Positions 51,575-60,482 of a stretch of DNA of 64,000 nt are shown piece after piece (within the stretch, counting starts at the first letter, position 1; the number at the start of each line of letters is the position of its first letter). The notes under the pieces were generated by a model. That model saw only the letters and a program-made list of their open reading frames with translations. It had not been told where the DNA came from and searched no databases. Source of the stretch: an uncultured Gammaproteobacteria bacterium (GTDB taxonomy: Bacteria > Patescibacteriota > Patescibacteriia > Patescibacteriales > UBA12465); the NCBI GenBank assembly GCA_964588435.1, contig CAZPPI010000002.1, positions 3,542 through 67,541 on the forward strand. Direction: 5' to 3'. The position numbers and the translations under genes were made by a program.

Positions 51575-54169
51575 ATGAAAATTAATATTTTCAAGAAAAT
51601 AAATAACTCCCTGGGAAAAAAATCAATAATTATTATTAGTGTTTTGGTTTTTTTGGGCTTATCTTTAGCCGCTCCGGCTTCTGCTGATTGGGCAATCACA
51701 GTATTTGGTGGTATCTTAAAAATAATTATTGGCGGGGTTGGACTTATTTTAATTTTAGCTATTAGAGCTTTAGTTTATGTTGCTCAATATTCAACTTTTT
51801 TAAACTCGGGCGCCGTTACCCTTGGCTGGGTTATAGTTCGTGATCTTTGTAATATGTTTTTTGTGGTCGTTCTTTTAATTATTGCTTTTGGAACAATTCT
51901 AAATATAGAAAAATATAATTATAAAAAGTGGTTGCCAAAATTAATTTTGATGGCAATTTTAATTAATTTTTCTAAAACTATTTGTGGGGTTTTAATTGAT
52001 ATTGCTCAAGTGGTGATGCTTACTTTTGTTAATTCTTTTAGCACTATTGGTGCCGGAACCTTGGTTAATGTTTTGGGGATTACCGATATTTTGCAAATAG
52101 CAAAAAGTGGTAATGAAGATATTGGTTTTTGGACGGTTATCGGTGCTTATTTACTTGGCTTAGCCTACGTTATTGTGTCTCTAATAGTAGTTATTACGAT
52201 GATATCGATGCTCGCTATTCGTATTGTCATGATTTGGATTTATGTTGTTTTATCACCTTTAGCTTATCTTTTGTCAGCTTTTCCCGGGGGTCAATCTTAT
52301 GCTTCAAAATGGTGGACTGAGTTTACTAAAAATTTAATTGTTGGACCAGTTTTAGCTTTTTTTCTTTGGTTATCTTTTGCTGCTTTAACCAGTGATCAAG
52401 TAAGAGATGCTCAAACAATAGATGAGGCTAGTAGATTAGAGCAAAATAAGTTATTAGGTTTTGATCCTGATGAGGCCTCAATCGAAACTAAAGCTTCTAG
52501 TCCTGGAGCTTTAATTAAATTTATCATTGCAATTGGGATGCTTGTTGGTGGTCTTAAAATTGCTCAAGAGGTTGGCGGTGCCGCCGGTTCTATGGCAGGC
52601 AAGGGAATGGCAGCGGTTAATAAAGCGGGCAAGATTGGTTTAGCGGGTGCGGCGGCGATTACTGGAGTAAGAGCGGCTAAGGGAATTTATAAAAATTATA
52701 GCTCTGCCAGAAAATCAGCCCGAGAAGATAAATATAAGAATGCCGCAGTTAAGATGGCGGATGGAATTGGGAGGGCTAAAAAAAGTGTCGGCGGAGCGGT
52801 TACTGGTGGTTTGCAAAAAGTTAAAGATAGTACTTTTGGTAGAAGAGAGGCAAAAGCTAAAAAACTTCAAGCTGAGGCTAGAGTAGAGAGTACAGAAATC
52901 GATACAATAAAACAGAACCTTAATCAAAAGAAGGGTGTGGTCGGTGATTATCAGTATGATGAGGGTGTTAAGAGTTGGCGTCATAGCATAACAGGAATGG
53001 TAACTGGAGAAGAAAGAGTTAGAGAAAAGGCTGATGAGATTATTAAAGCTAAAGATGACGTTGTTAGCGCTAAACAAACAGAGGCAGAGAAACTACATTT
53101 CAAACAACAAAAAATAGATGATGTTTTGAAATATGGAGCCTTAGCTGCTGGAGGCATAGCTGGACTTGCCCTTGGCGGCGTCCCAGGACTTCTTGTTGCT
53201 GGAGGGGCCGCAGTTGGAGCTTCGCGTGGTTATGATAAATTTAAAAATGCTGGTAAAACCGATTTAGGGATTGCTTCTGGATTTCGTCTAAAGGAGATTA
53301 AGAAGGAAAAAGATGCTTTGAAAGATGAGGATAATGGAAGTGTGATTGCTAAGATGGATGATCGTACTATTAGCGCTTTTGAGAGAGCAGCTGCGGCTTT
53401 AGAAGCGATGGATAGAGGTTTGCTTTCCTCTGAACAAGCAGAATCTAAGAAAAAAATGATTGCGAATGAGATTGGCGGAGTCGATGAGAATGGTGATTTT
53501 AAGGATAAAAAAGTTGGTAATTATTTTGAATCGATTGCTGAAAGAAAAAATATTTCCGCTTCTTCTGATTTTCAAGATTTAAAAAGTGAAAATCCTGAAG
53601 TAAAGAGTCGAGCTGAAAGAAATGTTAGAGATAATGTTGAAAAAGGTAATTATAGCCTAGAATCTCTTGACGTAGGAGCAATTAGAGCGATTGGTCCTCA
53701 ATTAGTTGCCGCGATGAAGGCTAAAGACTTTGGCGCTCAATTTACTGCAATGAAAGACCAAGCTAAAAAGCGAGAGATTGTTGAGATGTTAAAGAAACTG
53801 GTTAATAAAGATACTAGCGGATTGCCAAGCGGTAGTATTGAAAAAAACAATGCTGAAGCGGGAAAATTAGAGGCGATGAAGAGATTGAATCAAGTTACGG
53901 ATTTAAATACGGCAACGGTTGGAATTTCTGATCCCGTAGATAGACAGGCTAAAAAAGAAGCGATTTTGGCTGATTTATCTTTTACTCAATTGGCGGATGT
54001 TTTTAATGGCAATGATAAAAAACAGCAAGATGCAATTGTTGAAGCTATACAAAAGTCTAGTCGTGAGGATAAACTTAGTATTTTTGTGACCGCAGAAAAA
54101 TCTTTAAGGGGAACATCTCAGGTTGCTAAAGATTTGCGCTCTGAGGCTAAGCTTAATTTAGAAGTTTGA
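51575..54169 (+). CDS. extended VirB6/TrbL-like polytopic membrane protein
   Basis: Multi-TM N-half (VRDLCNMFF, LINFS, LSPLAYL, SKWW, GPV), G/A-rich linker, long charged C-terminal extension. Confidence 0.75.
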   Translation: MKINIFKKINNSLGKKSIIIISVLVFLGLSLAAPASADWAITVFGGILKIIIGGVGLILILAIRALVYVAQYSTFLNSGAVTLGWVIVRDLCNMFFVVVLLIIAFGTILNIEKYNYKKWLPKLILMAILINFSKTICGVLIDIAQVVMLTFVNSFSTIGAGTLVNVLGITDILQIAKSGNEDIGFWTVIGAYLLGLAYVIVSLIVVITMISMLAIRIVMIWIYVVLSPLAYLLSAFPGGQSYASKWWTEFTKNLIVGPVLAFFLWLSFAALTSDQVRDAQTIDEASRLEQNKLLGFDPDEASIETKASSPGALIKFIIAIGMLVGGLKIAQEVGGAAGSMAGKGMAAVNKAGKIGLAGAAAITGVRAAKGIYKNYSSARKSAREDKYKNAAVKMADGIGRAKKSVGGAVTGGLQKVKDSTFGRREAKAKKLQAEARVESTEIDTIKQNLNQKKGVVGDYQYDEGVKSWRHSITGMVTGEERVREKADEIIKAKDDVVSAKQTEAEKLHFKQQKIDDVLKYGALAAGGIAGLALGGVPGLLVAGGAAVGASRGYDKFKNAGKTDLGIASGFRLKEIKKEKDALKDEDNGSVIAKMDDRTISAFERAAAALEAMDRGLLSSEQAESKKKMIANEIGGVDENGDFKDKKVGNYFESIAERKNISASSDFQDLKSENPEVKSRAERNVRDNVEKGNYSLESLDVGAIRAIGPQLVAAMKAKDFGAQFTAMKDQAKKREIVEMLKKLVNKDTSGLPSGSIEKNNAEAGKLEAMKRLNQVTDLNTATVGISDPVDRQAKKEAILADLSFTQLADVFNGNDKKQQDAIVEAIQKSSREDKLSIFVTAEKSLRGTSQVAKDLRSEAKLNLEV

Positions 54170-54241
54170 TAAAGCCAAGAGAAGATCCTTTCTGTTAGAA
54201 TATTTAATGATAAGCTATTGTTAAAAAACAAAATTTAAACT

Positions 54242-55408
54242 ATGCCAACAAATATAACTGATAAACAATTTAATGAGAAATATGTCGACTTACCCGAGGA
54301 GGCAAAGTTCTTTTTTAGTTCTGAAAAAAATGGCGCAAATATTTTAGCCCTTGCTTCTGAATATAAGTTAGAACCAGACATTATTTATTCTTTAAATTTT
54401 TTAGCAGTTAATTCCGGTTTTGACTTTTCTCTACTTGAGGAAAAAATTAAAACTTTAAATTTAAGTGGCATAAGCTCAACCAGGTTTTGGCAGGATTTTA
54501 TTGGTCGCTTATTATTGCCAATTTCTGAGGCGATGGAAGAAAGTTCTGACGGGAAAATTAATATTGCTAAGGTTTTAAAAAGCACGGGGGCAAAATTGGA
54601 AAAATATCAAAGTTATGTTAATCAATTAAGAAATGAAATTGAGGATGATATTTTAAAAGCAGCCGAAGAAGAGGTTGAAGCTTATAAAAAGAGTTTTGAT
54701 ATTAAAGAAGAGAGCCAATATATTTTTAATCTTTTATCCGAGGATATTTTAATAGTTTTAAATTCTAAAAGTTTTGAAGCGGCCGCCGCTTTAAATCGTA
54801 GTTTAATTTTTCTCTTATTTAATGCCGAGAATTTTAAGGATGAAGCTTTGAGAAAAATTTTTGCTAACAAGCAATTAATTGGTGAGGAAAAAATTTCTGT
54901 TGACAATAAAGAAGTTATGCCAACAGTTTCTGCTTGGCTTAAGGATTTTATCAAAAAAAACAGTTCAAGTTTATTTGATGATTTAATTTTAGCTCAATAC
55001 CTAAATACCTCTGAAAACGCTAAAGTTCTTCAACCAAAAGAAAAAGAGCTTTTAGGTAATTTAATTCGTTTTTATAAAAATATTGCTTTTTTTCCAGAAA
55101 GCATGAACGAAATACCGCCTCAGAAATGGCAAATATTCCCTTTTGACGCGACTAGTTATTGGCAAGAGATTGAGGGTTCAGTAAAAAATAAAAAACAACT
55201 CGGTTTACCAACGGAACCAGAAATAATTGAAGAGGATGTTGGGGAGAGTAACGATGTCCTAAGTGAGAAAGATTTTAAGCCGGAAAATTATGATGATAGT
55301 GCGGAACTGAGAAATTTACGAGAGTTATTAGCTTCTTTCCCGCCCGCTAGTTTAGAAAGAAAAGCGATTAACGAAGAAATTAAAAGATTACAACGAGATA
55401 AAAAATAA
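54242..55408 (+). CDS. hypothetical protein in T4SS-like locus
   Basis: 388-aa soluble helical ORF; N-terminus resembles that of the next gene. Confidence 0.75.
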   Translation: MPTNITDKQFNEKYVDLPEEAKFFFSSEKNGANILALASEYKLEPDIIYSLNFLAVNSGFDFSLLEEKIKTLNLSGISSTRFWQDFIGRLLLPISEAMEESSDGKINIAKVLKSTGAKLEKYQSYVNQLRNEIEDDILKAAEEEVEAYKKSFDIKEESQYIFNLLSEDILIVLNSKSFEAAAALNRSLIFLLFNAENFKDEALRKIFANKQLIGEEKISVDNKEVMPTVSAWLKDFIKKNSSSLFDDLILAQYLNTSENAKVLQPKEKELLGNLIRFYKNIAFFPESMNEIPPQKWQIFPFDATSYWQEIEGSVKNKKQLGLPTEPEIIEEDVGESNDVLSEKDFKPENYDDSAELRNLRELLASFPPASLERKAINEEIKRLQRDKK

Positions 55409-55409
55409 A

Positions 55410-56819
55410 ATGTTTGATTATTTGCAAAAATTCAATAATTTACCAAATACTTTACGCGATAAAGTTTCTTCACCGACAGCAATGCGGGCAGTTTCGGCTT
55501 TGGAATTAAAATATAAAGTTGATTTAGCCGCTCTGGTGATGAAAGTGATGGCAAAAACTTTAAAAGTTAAGGATTTGCCAGAGTATTTTATTAATGAATT
55601 TTCTTTGAGCCAGGAGGACGCTCGCGCTTTAAACGACGATATTTTAAAAGAAATTTTTGCACCGGTTAGTGAATATTTATCTTTAGACGAAACTAAAAAG
55701 TCGCCGAAAATTAATGAATTTTCTTCAACTTTAGTTAGAGAGTTTGGCTTATCTTTGCCGAGTGAAGATCTTTATTCTCGCTTAAATAATATAATGTTAA
55801 CTTTTTTAAAAGGAGTTAGAAGCAAAATAGATGCTAAAAGCGCTTTGATGAAAAAGGTTGAGTTTGGAGGATTAGGCTTAACTCAGGAAGAGGCGGATCG
55901 AGTTTTTAAATTAGCTGAAAAAAGGGATATTCAAAAAGATTCTTTAGTTATTAAAGACCTTCCAATCGTTGAAGAGGAAGTAAAGAATTCTTCGCTTGAT
56001 CAAGCTCTTATAGATCAGGCGGTAAAAGAAGAAATTTCAACCGCGCCAATATTAGAAAAAAGTTCGAAAGAAAAATTGGATAAAATTATTATGGCGGCGG
56101 AGATGAATTCAGTCCCAGTTTATGATTTAAAGAAATCTTTAGTTGAAAAAACAGATATAGATAAAGAATCTTTATTACCAAAAGAAGAAAAACAGAATAT
56201 CTTGCCAGTAACAGAGAATAGGCTTAAGCTTGAGGAAAAATTGGAAGTAAAAACCGGATTAACTCAAGAAGAGACTCAGGCAGAAATTCGAGAACCAGTT
56301 CAAGAAACAATACCAGTACCGGCTCAAGAAGAAGTTCAGACAAAAATATCGCCGATTGAAGAAGCTGATTTAAAGAAAGATTTAAAAGGGGAGCAAGAAA
56401 ATTATGTTGCCCCAACAACTTTAAATTTGAATTTTAAACGCCCAGCGCCGACTTCAAATAAACCAAGGATGGAAGATATTAAACCGGTAGCAAAGGCAAT
56501 GAGTCCGATTGATGAATTAGCGTTTCTTGATTTAGTAAATTTTCGCCGTCTTTCTGATAATTCTGATGAAGCAGTTTTGAAGATTTTTAATAAAATTAAA
56601 TTGTTGGAAAAGGATGGCTATGATAAGATGGTTTCGGGGGTAAAAGCTTGGCGCCAAAATGAAGTTAATCGTTTATATGTAAAAATTGGCCAGGAGACTT
56701 TACTTAAAGGCCTGTCCTTGAAAGAGGTTATTGTTGAACGTCAAAAAAGAAACATGCCTTTTTTAAAGGTTGAAGAAATTAATGCAATTTCCAAATTGAA
56801 TGGAAGGTTATCTTTTTAA
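55410..56819 (+). CDS. hypothetical protein in T4SS-like locus
   Basis: 469 aa with folded N- and C-domains separated by an E/K/P-rich linker; 1-nt gap from the upstream gene. Confidence 0.75.
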   Translation: MFDYLQKFNNLPNTLRDKVSSPTAMRAVSALELKYKVDLAALVMKVMAKTLKVKDLPEYFINEFSLSQEDARALNDDILKEIFAPVSEYLSLDETKKSPKINEFSSTLVREFGLSLPSEDLYSRLNNIMLTFLKGVRSKIDAKSALMKKVEFGGLGLTQEEADRVFKLAEKRDIQKDSLVIKDLPIVEEEVKNSSLDQALIDQAVKEEISTAPILEKSSKEKLDKIIMAAEMNSVPVYDLKKSLVEKTDIDKESLLPKEEKQNILPVTENRLKLEEKLEVKTGLTQEETQAEIREPVQETIPVPAQEEVQTKISPIEEADLKKDLKGEQENYVAPTTLNLNFKRPAPTSNKPRMEDIKPVAKAMSPIDELAFLDLVNFRRLSDNSDEAVLKIFNKIKLLEKDGYDKMVSGVKAWRQNEVNRLYVKIGQETLLKGLSLKEVIVERQKRNMPFLKVEEINAISKLNGRLSF

Positions 56820-56822
56820 AAT

Positions 56823-57254
56823 ATGCAGCAATTTATCGTACCACAATTTATTGATGTTGAAGCAAAAATTATTGGCCCGATTACCGCTCCTCAATTTTTG
56901 ATTTTACTTGCAGCTACTTTAATAATAGCTCTTTGTTATCGCCTTCTTCATTTCACTCCTTTCCTAATAGTTACTGTTATAGTCCTTGGTTTAGCTGGCA
57001 CTTTCGCCTTTGTTAAAATAAATGGCCGATCTTTTCATTATTTTATTTTAAATTTATTACAAACAACTCGCCGACCCAATGTTAGAGTTTGGAATCATAA
57101 AATTGTCGTTAATGAGCAAACAGAAAAAACATCAATTCAGAAAATTGACTATAAACCTCTACCAAAAAAAGAGTATAAAAAATCAAGACTAGCAGAGATC
57201 TCTTTGATCGTTGATACTGGTGGTAAATATAGAGGGGAAAATCAGAATCTTTAA
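56823..57254 (+). CDS. PrgI/VirB3-like membrane protein
   Basis: VPQFIDVEAKIIGPIT..QF, two TM segments, KINGRS; directly upstream of the VirB4-like genes. Confidence 0.85.
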   Translation: MQQFIVPQFIDVEAKIIGPITAPQFLILLAATLIIALCYRLLHFTPFLIVTVIVLGLAGTFAFVKINGRSFHYFILNLLQTTRRPNVRVWNHKIVVNEQTEKTSIQKIDYKPLPKKEYKKSRLAEISLIVDTGGKYRGENQNL

Positions 57255-57263
57255 AATATAATT

Positions 57264-57929
57264 ATGGCTAAAAATAAGATTAAAAATTCAACCCAAGAGC
57301 ATCTTGATATCGCTGAAATCAGAGATGATATTGTTGTTATGAAAGATGGAACCTTACGTTCTGTTATTATGGTTTCTAGTATTAATTTTTCTTTAAAGAG
57401 TGAAGACGGTCAAAACGCAGTTATTGGCGCTTATGTTCGCTTTTTGAATAATTTAAATTTTCCTTTACAAATTATTATTCAATCCAGAGAATTAGATATT
57501 GATAATTATTTAGAGTACTTAAAAATAAAAGAGAAGGAACAGACGAATCGTTTATTAAAAGTACAAACGGCCGACTATATTGAATATATTAAAGAATTAA
57601 CTTCGTTAGGAAAAATAATGAATAAAAGATTTTTTGTCGTTGTTCCCTATAGCGCCTTGTCAGATAAACGAAAAGGATTTTTTAGTCTCTTAGGCGAGGC
57701 TCTGCGACCAGCAACAATTTTAAAATTAAAAGAAAAAACTTTTAGAAAATATCAGGAAATGCTTGATCGTCGGGTTGATAGTGTAATTGGTGGGCTAGAA
57801 TCTATGGGGGTAACAACGACGAGACTTGATACCCAGAGTTTAATTGAATTATATTATAAAACTTATAATCCAGAATCATCAAGAAACCAGGAATTACCAG
57901 ATTTAGATAAGATGAGAGTTGAGCGTTAA
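57264..57929 (+). CDS. VirB4 N-terminal-like (TraC/TrsE-associated) protein
   Basis: VSSINFSLKSE.GQ, FLNNL.FPLQI, ELYYKTYNP; lies between PrgI and the ATPase. Confidence 0.7.
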   Translation: MAKNKIKNSTQEHLDIAEIRDDIVVMKDGTLRSVIMVSSINFSLKSEDGQNAVIGAYVRFLNNLNFPLQIIIQSRELDIDNYLEYLKIKEKEQTNRLLKVQTADYIEYIKELTSLGKIMNKRFFVVVPYSALSDKRKGFFSLLGEALRPATILKLKEKTFRKYQEMLDRRVDSVIGGLESMGVTTTRLDTQSLIELYYKTYNPESSRNQELPDLDKMRVER

Positions 57930-57938
57930 TTTTTATCT

Positions 57939-59825
57939 ATGATAAATTTCAATAAGAAAGTAACAAAAAAAATAAAGATGAATGAGCCAGTTTCTCTCAG
58001 AAAAAAAACTGAGGCTTCTTTAATTGAGAGAGATCCTCTTCTAACTAGAGAAATTATTGAAGAGGAAAAGACTTTTCGTCGTGGAGTTTTATCGGTCCGT
58101 GATATTATTGCTCCCTCTGCTTTAAAGGTTGAAACAAATAATATTCGTTTGGGTAATAAATTTTTACGAACAATTTTCGTTGTCGCTTATCCGCGTTATA
58201 TTTCAGTTGGTTGGTTTGCTCCCATTATTAATTTAAATGTTACGTTTGATATTTCGATGTTCTTCTATCCGATTGCTAGCTCTATTGTTCTAAAACAATT
58301 AAAGGATAAGGTTGGTAATTTAGAGGCACAAATTATTGCTGATGCTGACAAGGGAGCTGCTCGTGATCCCTTAAGAGAAACGGCTTTACGAGATATTGAA
58401 TATTTGCGAGATGCTTTAACTCAGGGGACGGAAAAATTTTTTCAATTTGCCCTTTATACTACTTTATATGCTGATAATATAGAAGATCTCGATCGTTTGT
58501 CAGACCAGGTTGAGGATATTTTCGGTTCACGTTTGGTCAATTCTCGTCGGGTTTATTATCAGGCTGAACAAGGCTTTAATTCAACCTTACCACTAGGAAA
58601 TGATGAACTCTATATTACTTTTAATATGAATTCTTCGCCGATTGCCTCTTCTTTTCCATTTATTTCATCGGAGTTAACTAGTGACAGCGGAATTTTGTAT
58701 GGTATCAATCGTCATAATAATAGTTTAATTATTTTTGATCGTTTTTCTTTACAAAACGCTAACTCGGTTGTTTTTGCTACCTCTGGGGCGGGAAAAAGTT
58801 ATGCAATTAAATTAGAAATTTTACGTTCCTTGATGCTCGGCACTGAAGTTATTGTTATTGATCCAGAAAGGGAATATAAACATCTTGCTGAAGCTGTTGG
58901 CGGAACTTATGTTAATATTTCTTTATCATCTGATAATAAAATTAACCCTTTTGATTTACCTAGTTCAATTGGCGGCGACGCTAGACCAAAAGATATTATT
59001 AGAAGTGCGGTTATTACAATCAAGGGCTTGATTAAGTTGATGATTGGCGGTCTTAATTATGATGAAGATTCTTTGATGGATAGAGCATTACTCGAAACTT
59101 ATGCTAAGAAAGATATTACCCCAGACGCTGATTTGTCAAAAATTGAGCCGCCAATTATGTCAGATTTAGAACAGGTATTAGAGGGGATGGAGGGCGGAAA
59201 TAATCTAGTGTCGCGACTAAAAAAATATACCAAAGGAACTTTTGCTGGTTTATTAAATAACCAAACTAATGTGCAAATGGATAATCAGTTGGTTTGTTTT
59301 TCCGTTCGAGATTTAGAAGATGAGCTTAGACCGATGGCGATTTATACAATTGTTAATTATATTTGGAACATTGTTAGGAGCGAGATGAAAAAAAGAATTT
59401 TAGTTATTGATGAAGCTTGGTGGATGATGCAAAATGAGGATAGTGCTAAATTTATTTTTGCCCTTGTTAAGCGTTGTCGTAAGTATTATTTAGGAGTTAC
59501 AACAATTACTCAAGATGTTAATGACTTCTTAACTTCACCTTACGGTCAAGCGATTGTTAATAATTCTTCTTTACAGATTTTGATGAAACAAGCTCCGGCC
59601 GCAATTGAGCAAATTCAAAAAACTTTTTTACTTACTGAGGGTGAGAAATATTTATTGCTTGAATGTGGAATTGGTGAGGGAATATTTTTTGCTGGTAATA
59701 AACATGTAGCGATGAAAGTCGTTGCTTCTTATACCGAGGACCAATTAATAACCTCTGATCCACGTCAATTGCTAGAAATCGAAGAAGCAAAGAAAGACTT
59801 TGCGGAGAGTCAGGACCTAGAATAA
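57939..59825 (+). CDS. virB4: VirB4-like T4SS ATPase
   Basis: Walker A ATSGAGKS, VIDPEREY, INPFD, Walker B VIDEAW, RKY..G...ITQ. Confidence 0.9.
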   Translation: MINFNKKVTKKIKMNEPVSLRKKTEASLIERDPLLTREIIEEEKTFRRGVLSVRDIIAPSALKVETNNIRLGNKFLRTIFVVAYPRYISVGWFAPIINLNVTFDISMFFYPIASSIVLKQLKDKVGNLEAQIIADADKGAARDPLRETALRDIEYLRDALTQGTEKFFQFALYTTLYADNIEDLDRLSDQVEDIFGSRLVNSRRVYYQAEQGFNSTLPLGNDELYITFNMNSSPIASSFPFISSELTSDSGILYGINRHNNSLIIFDRFSLQNANSVVFATSGAGKSYAIKLEILRSLMLGTEVIVIDPEREYKHLAEAVGGTYVNISLSSDNKINPFDLPSSIGGDARPKDIIRSAVITIKGLIKLMIGGLNYDEDSLMDRALLETYAKKDITPDADLSKIEPPIMSDLEQVLEGMEGGNNLVSRLKKYTKGTFAGLLNNQTNVQMDNQLVCFSVRDLEDELRPMAIYTIVNYIWNIVRSEMKKRILVIDEAWWMMQNEDSAKFIFALVKRCRKYYLGVTTITQDVNDFLTSPYGQAIVNNSSLQILMKQAPAAIEQIQKTFLLTEGEKYLLLECGIGEGIFFAGNKHVAMKVVASYTEDQLITSDPRQLLEIEEAKKDFAESQDLE

Positions 59826-59862
59826 AGTACAGCTAATTTTTAAAATAATTAATTTAAAATAT

Positions 59863-60477
59863 ATGGATAATAATAGAAAAAAGATTGGTATTATGTTAAT
59901 AATTTTAGGGCTTTTAATAATTGCTTTAATAATTTATTTTGGTTTTATTAAAAAAGACAAAGACGAGCCAATTATAACTGAAAACCCTGTGGTTGATTTA
60001 CCGTTACCGGCTGGAGATGACTTAACAAATCCTGGAGATATAGCTCGTTCTTGGCAACCAAATTTAAGCGCTGAAGCGGATCATGTTTTTAATGAAACGG
60101 ATTTGGAAAAACGTGCTAAAGCTTTTGCTGAGAGATTTGGCTCTTATTCGAATCAATCAAATTATAGTAATTTTTCCGACCTAGAAATATTTATGACCAA
60201 GAGTTTCTCTGATTGGACCGAATCTTATGTCGAACAGTTAAGAGAGAGTGCTCCTGGTTATGAAGTCTATTATGGGATAAGTACAAGAGCTTTAACGACT
60301 GAGTTAATTAGTTTTGATGAAGCCTCTAGCAAGGCGGAGATTAATGTTTTAACCGAAAGAAGTGAATCTTCAGCCAATGGCGGTGATTTAGAGCCTTATC
60401 AACAAAAAATACTTTTAAAATTCAATAAAGTAGCTAATGATTGGTTGGTTGACGCTGCTTATTGGGAGAAAAGATAA
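59863..60477 (+). CDS. bitopic VirB8/TcpC-like protein
   Basis: N-terminal TM, linker, NTF2-like pattern (AKAFAERFGSYS...WLVD). Assigned partly by position. Confidence 0.6.
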   Translation: MDNNRKKIGIMLIILGLLIIALIIYFGFIKKDKDEPIITENPVVDLPLPAGDDLTNPGDIARSWQPNLSAEADHVFNETDLEKRAKAFAERFGSYSNQSNYSNFSDLEIFMTKSFSDWTESYVEQLRESAPGYEVYYGISTRALTTELISFDEASSKAEINVLTERSESSANGGDLEPYQQKILLKFNKVANDWLVDAAYWEKR

Positions 60478-60482
60478 AATTT

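Noticed and set aside
41919-60477. Integrative conjugative element or prophage
   Set aside because: No integrase, relaxase, att repeats or phage genes were seen. The locus is flush with housekeeping genes and has similar composition by eye.
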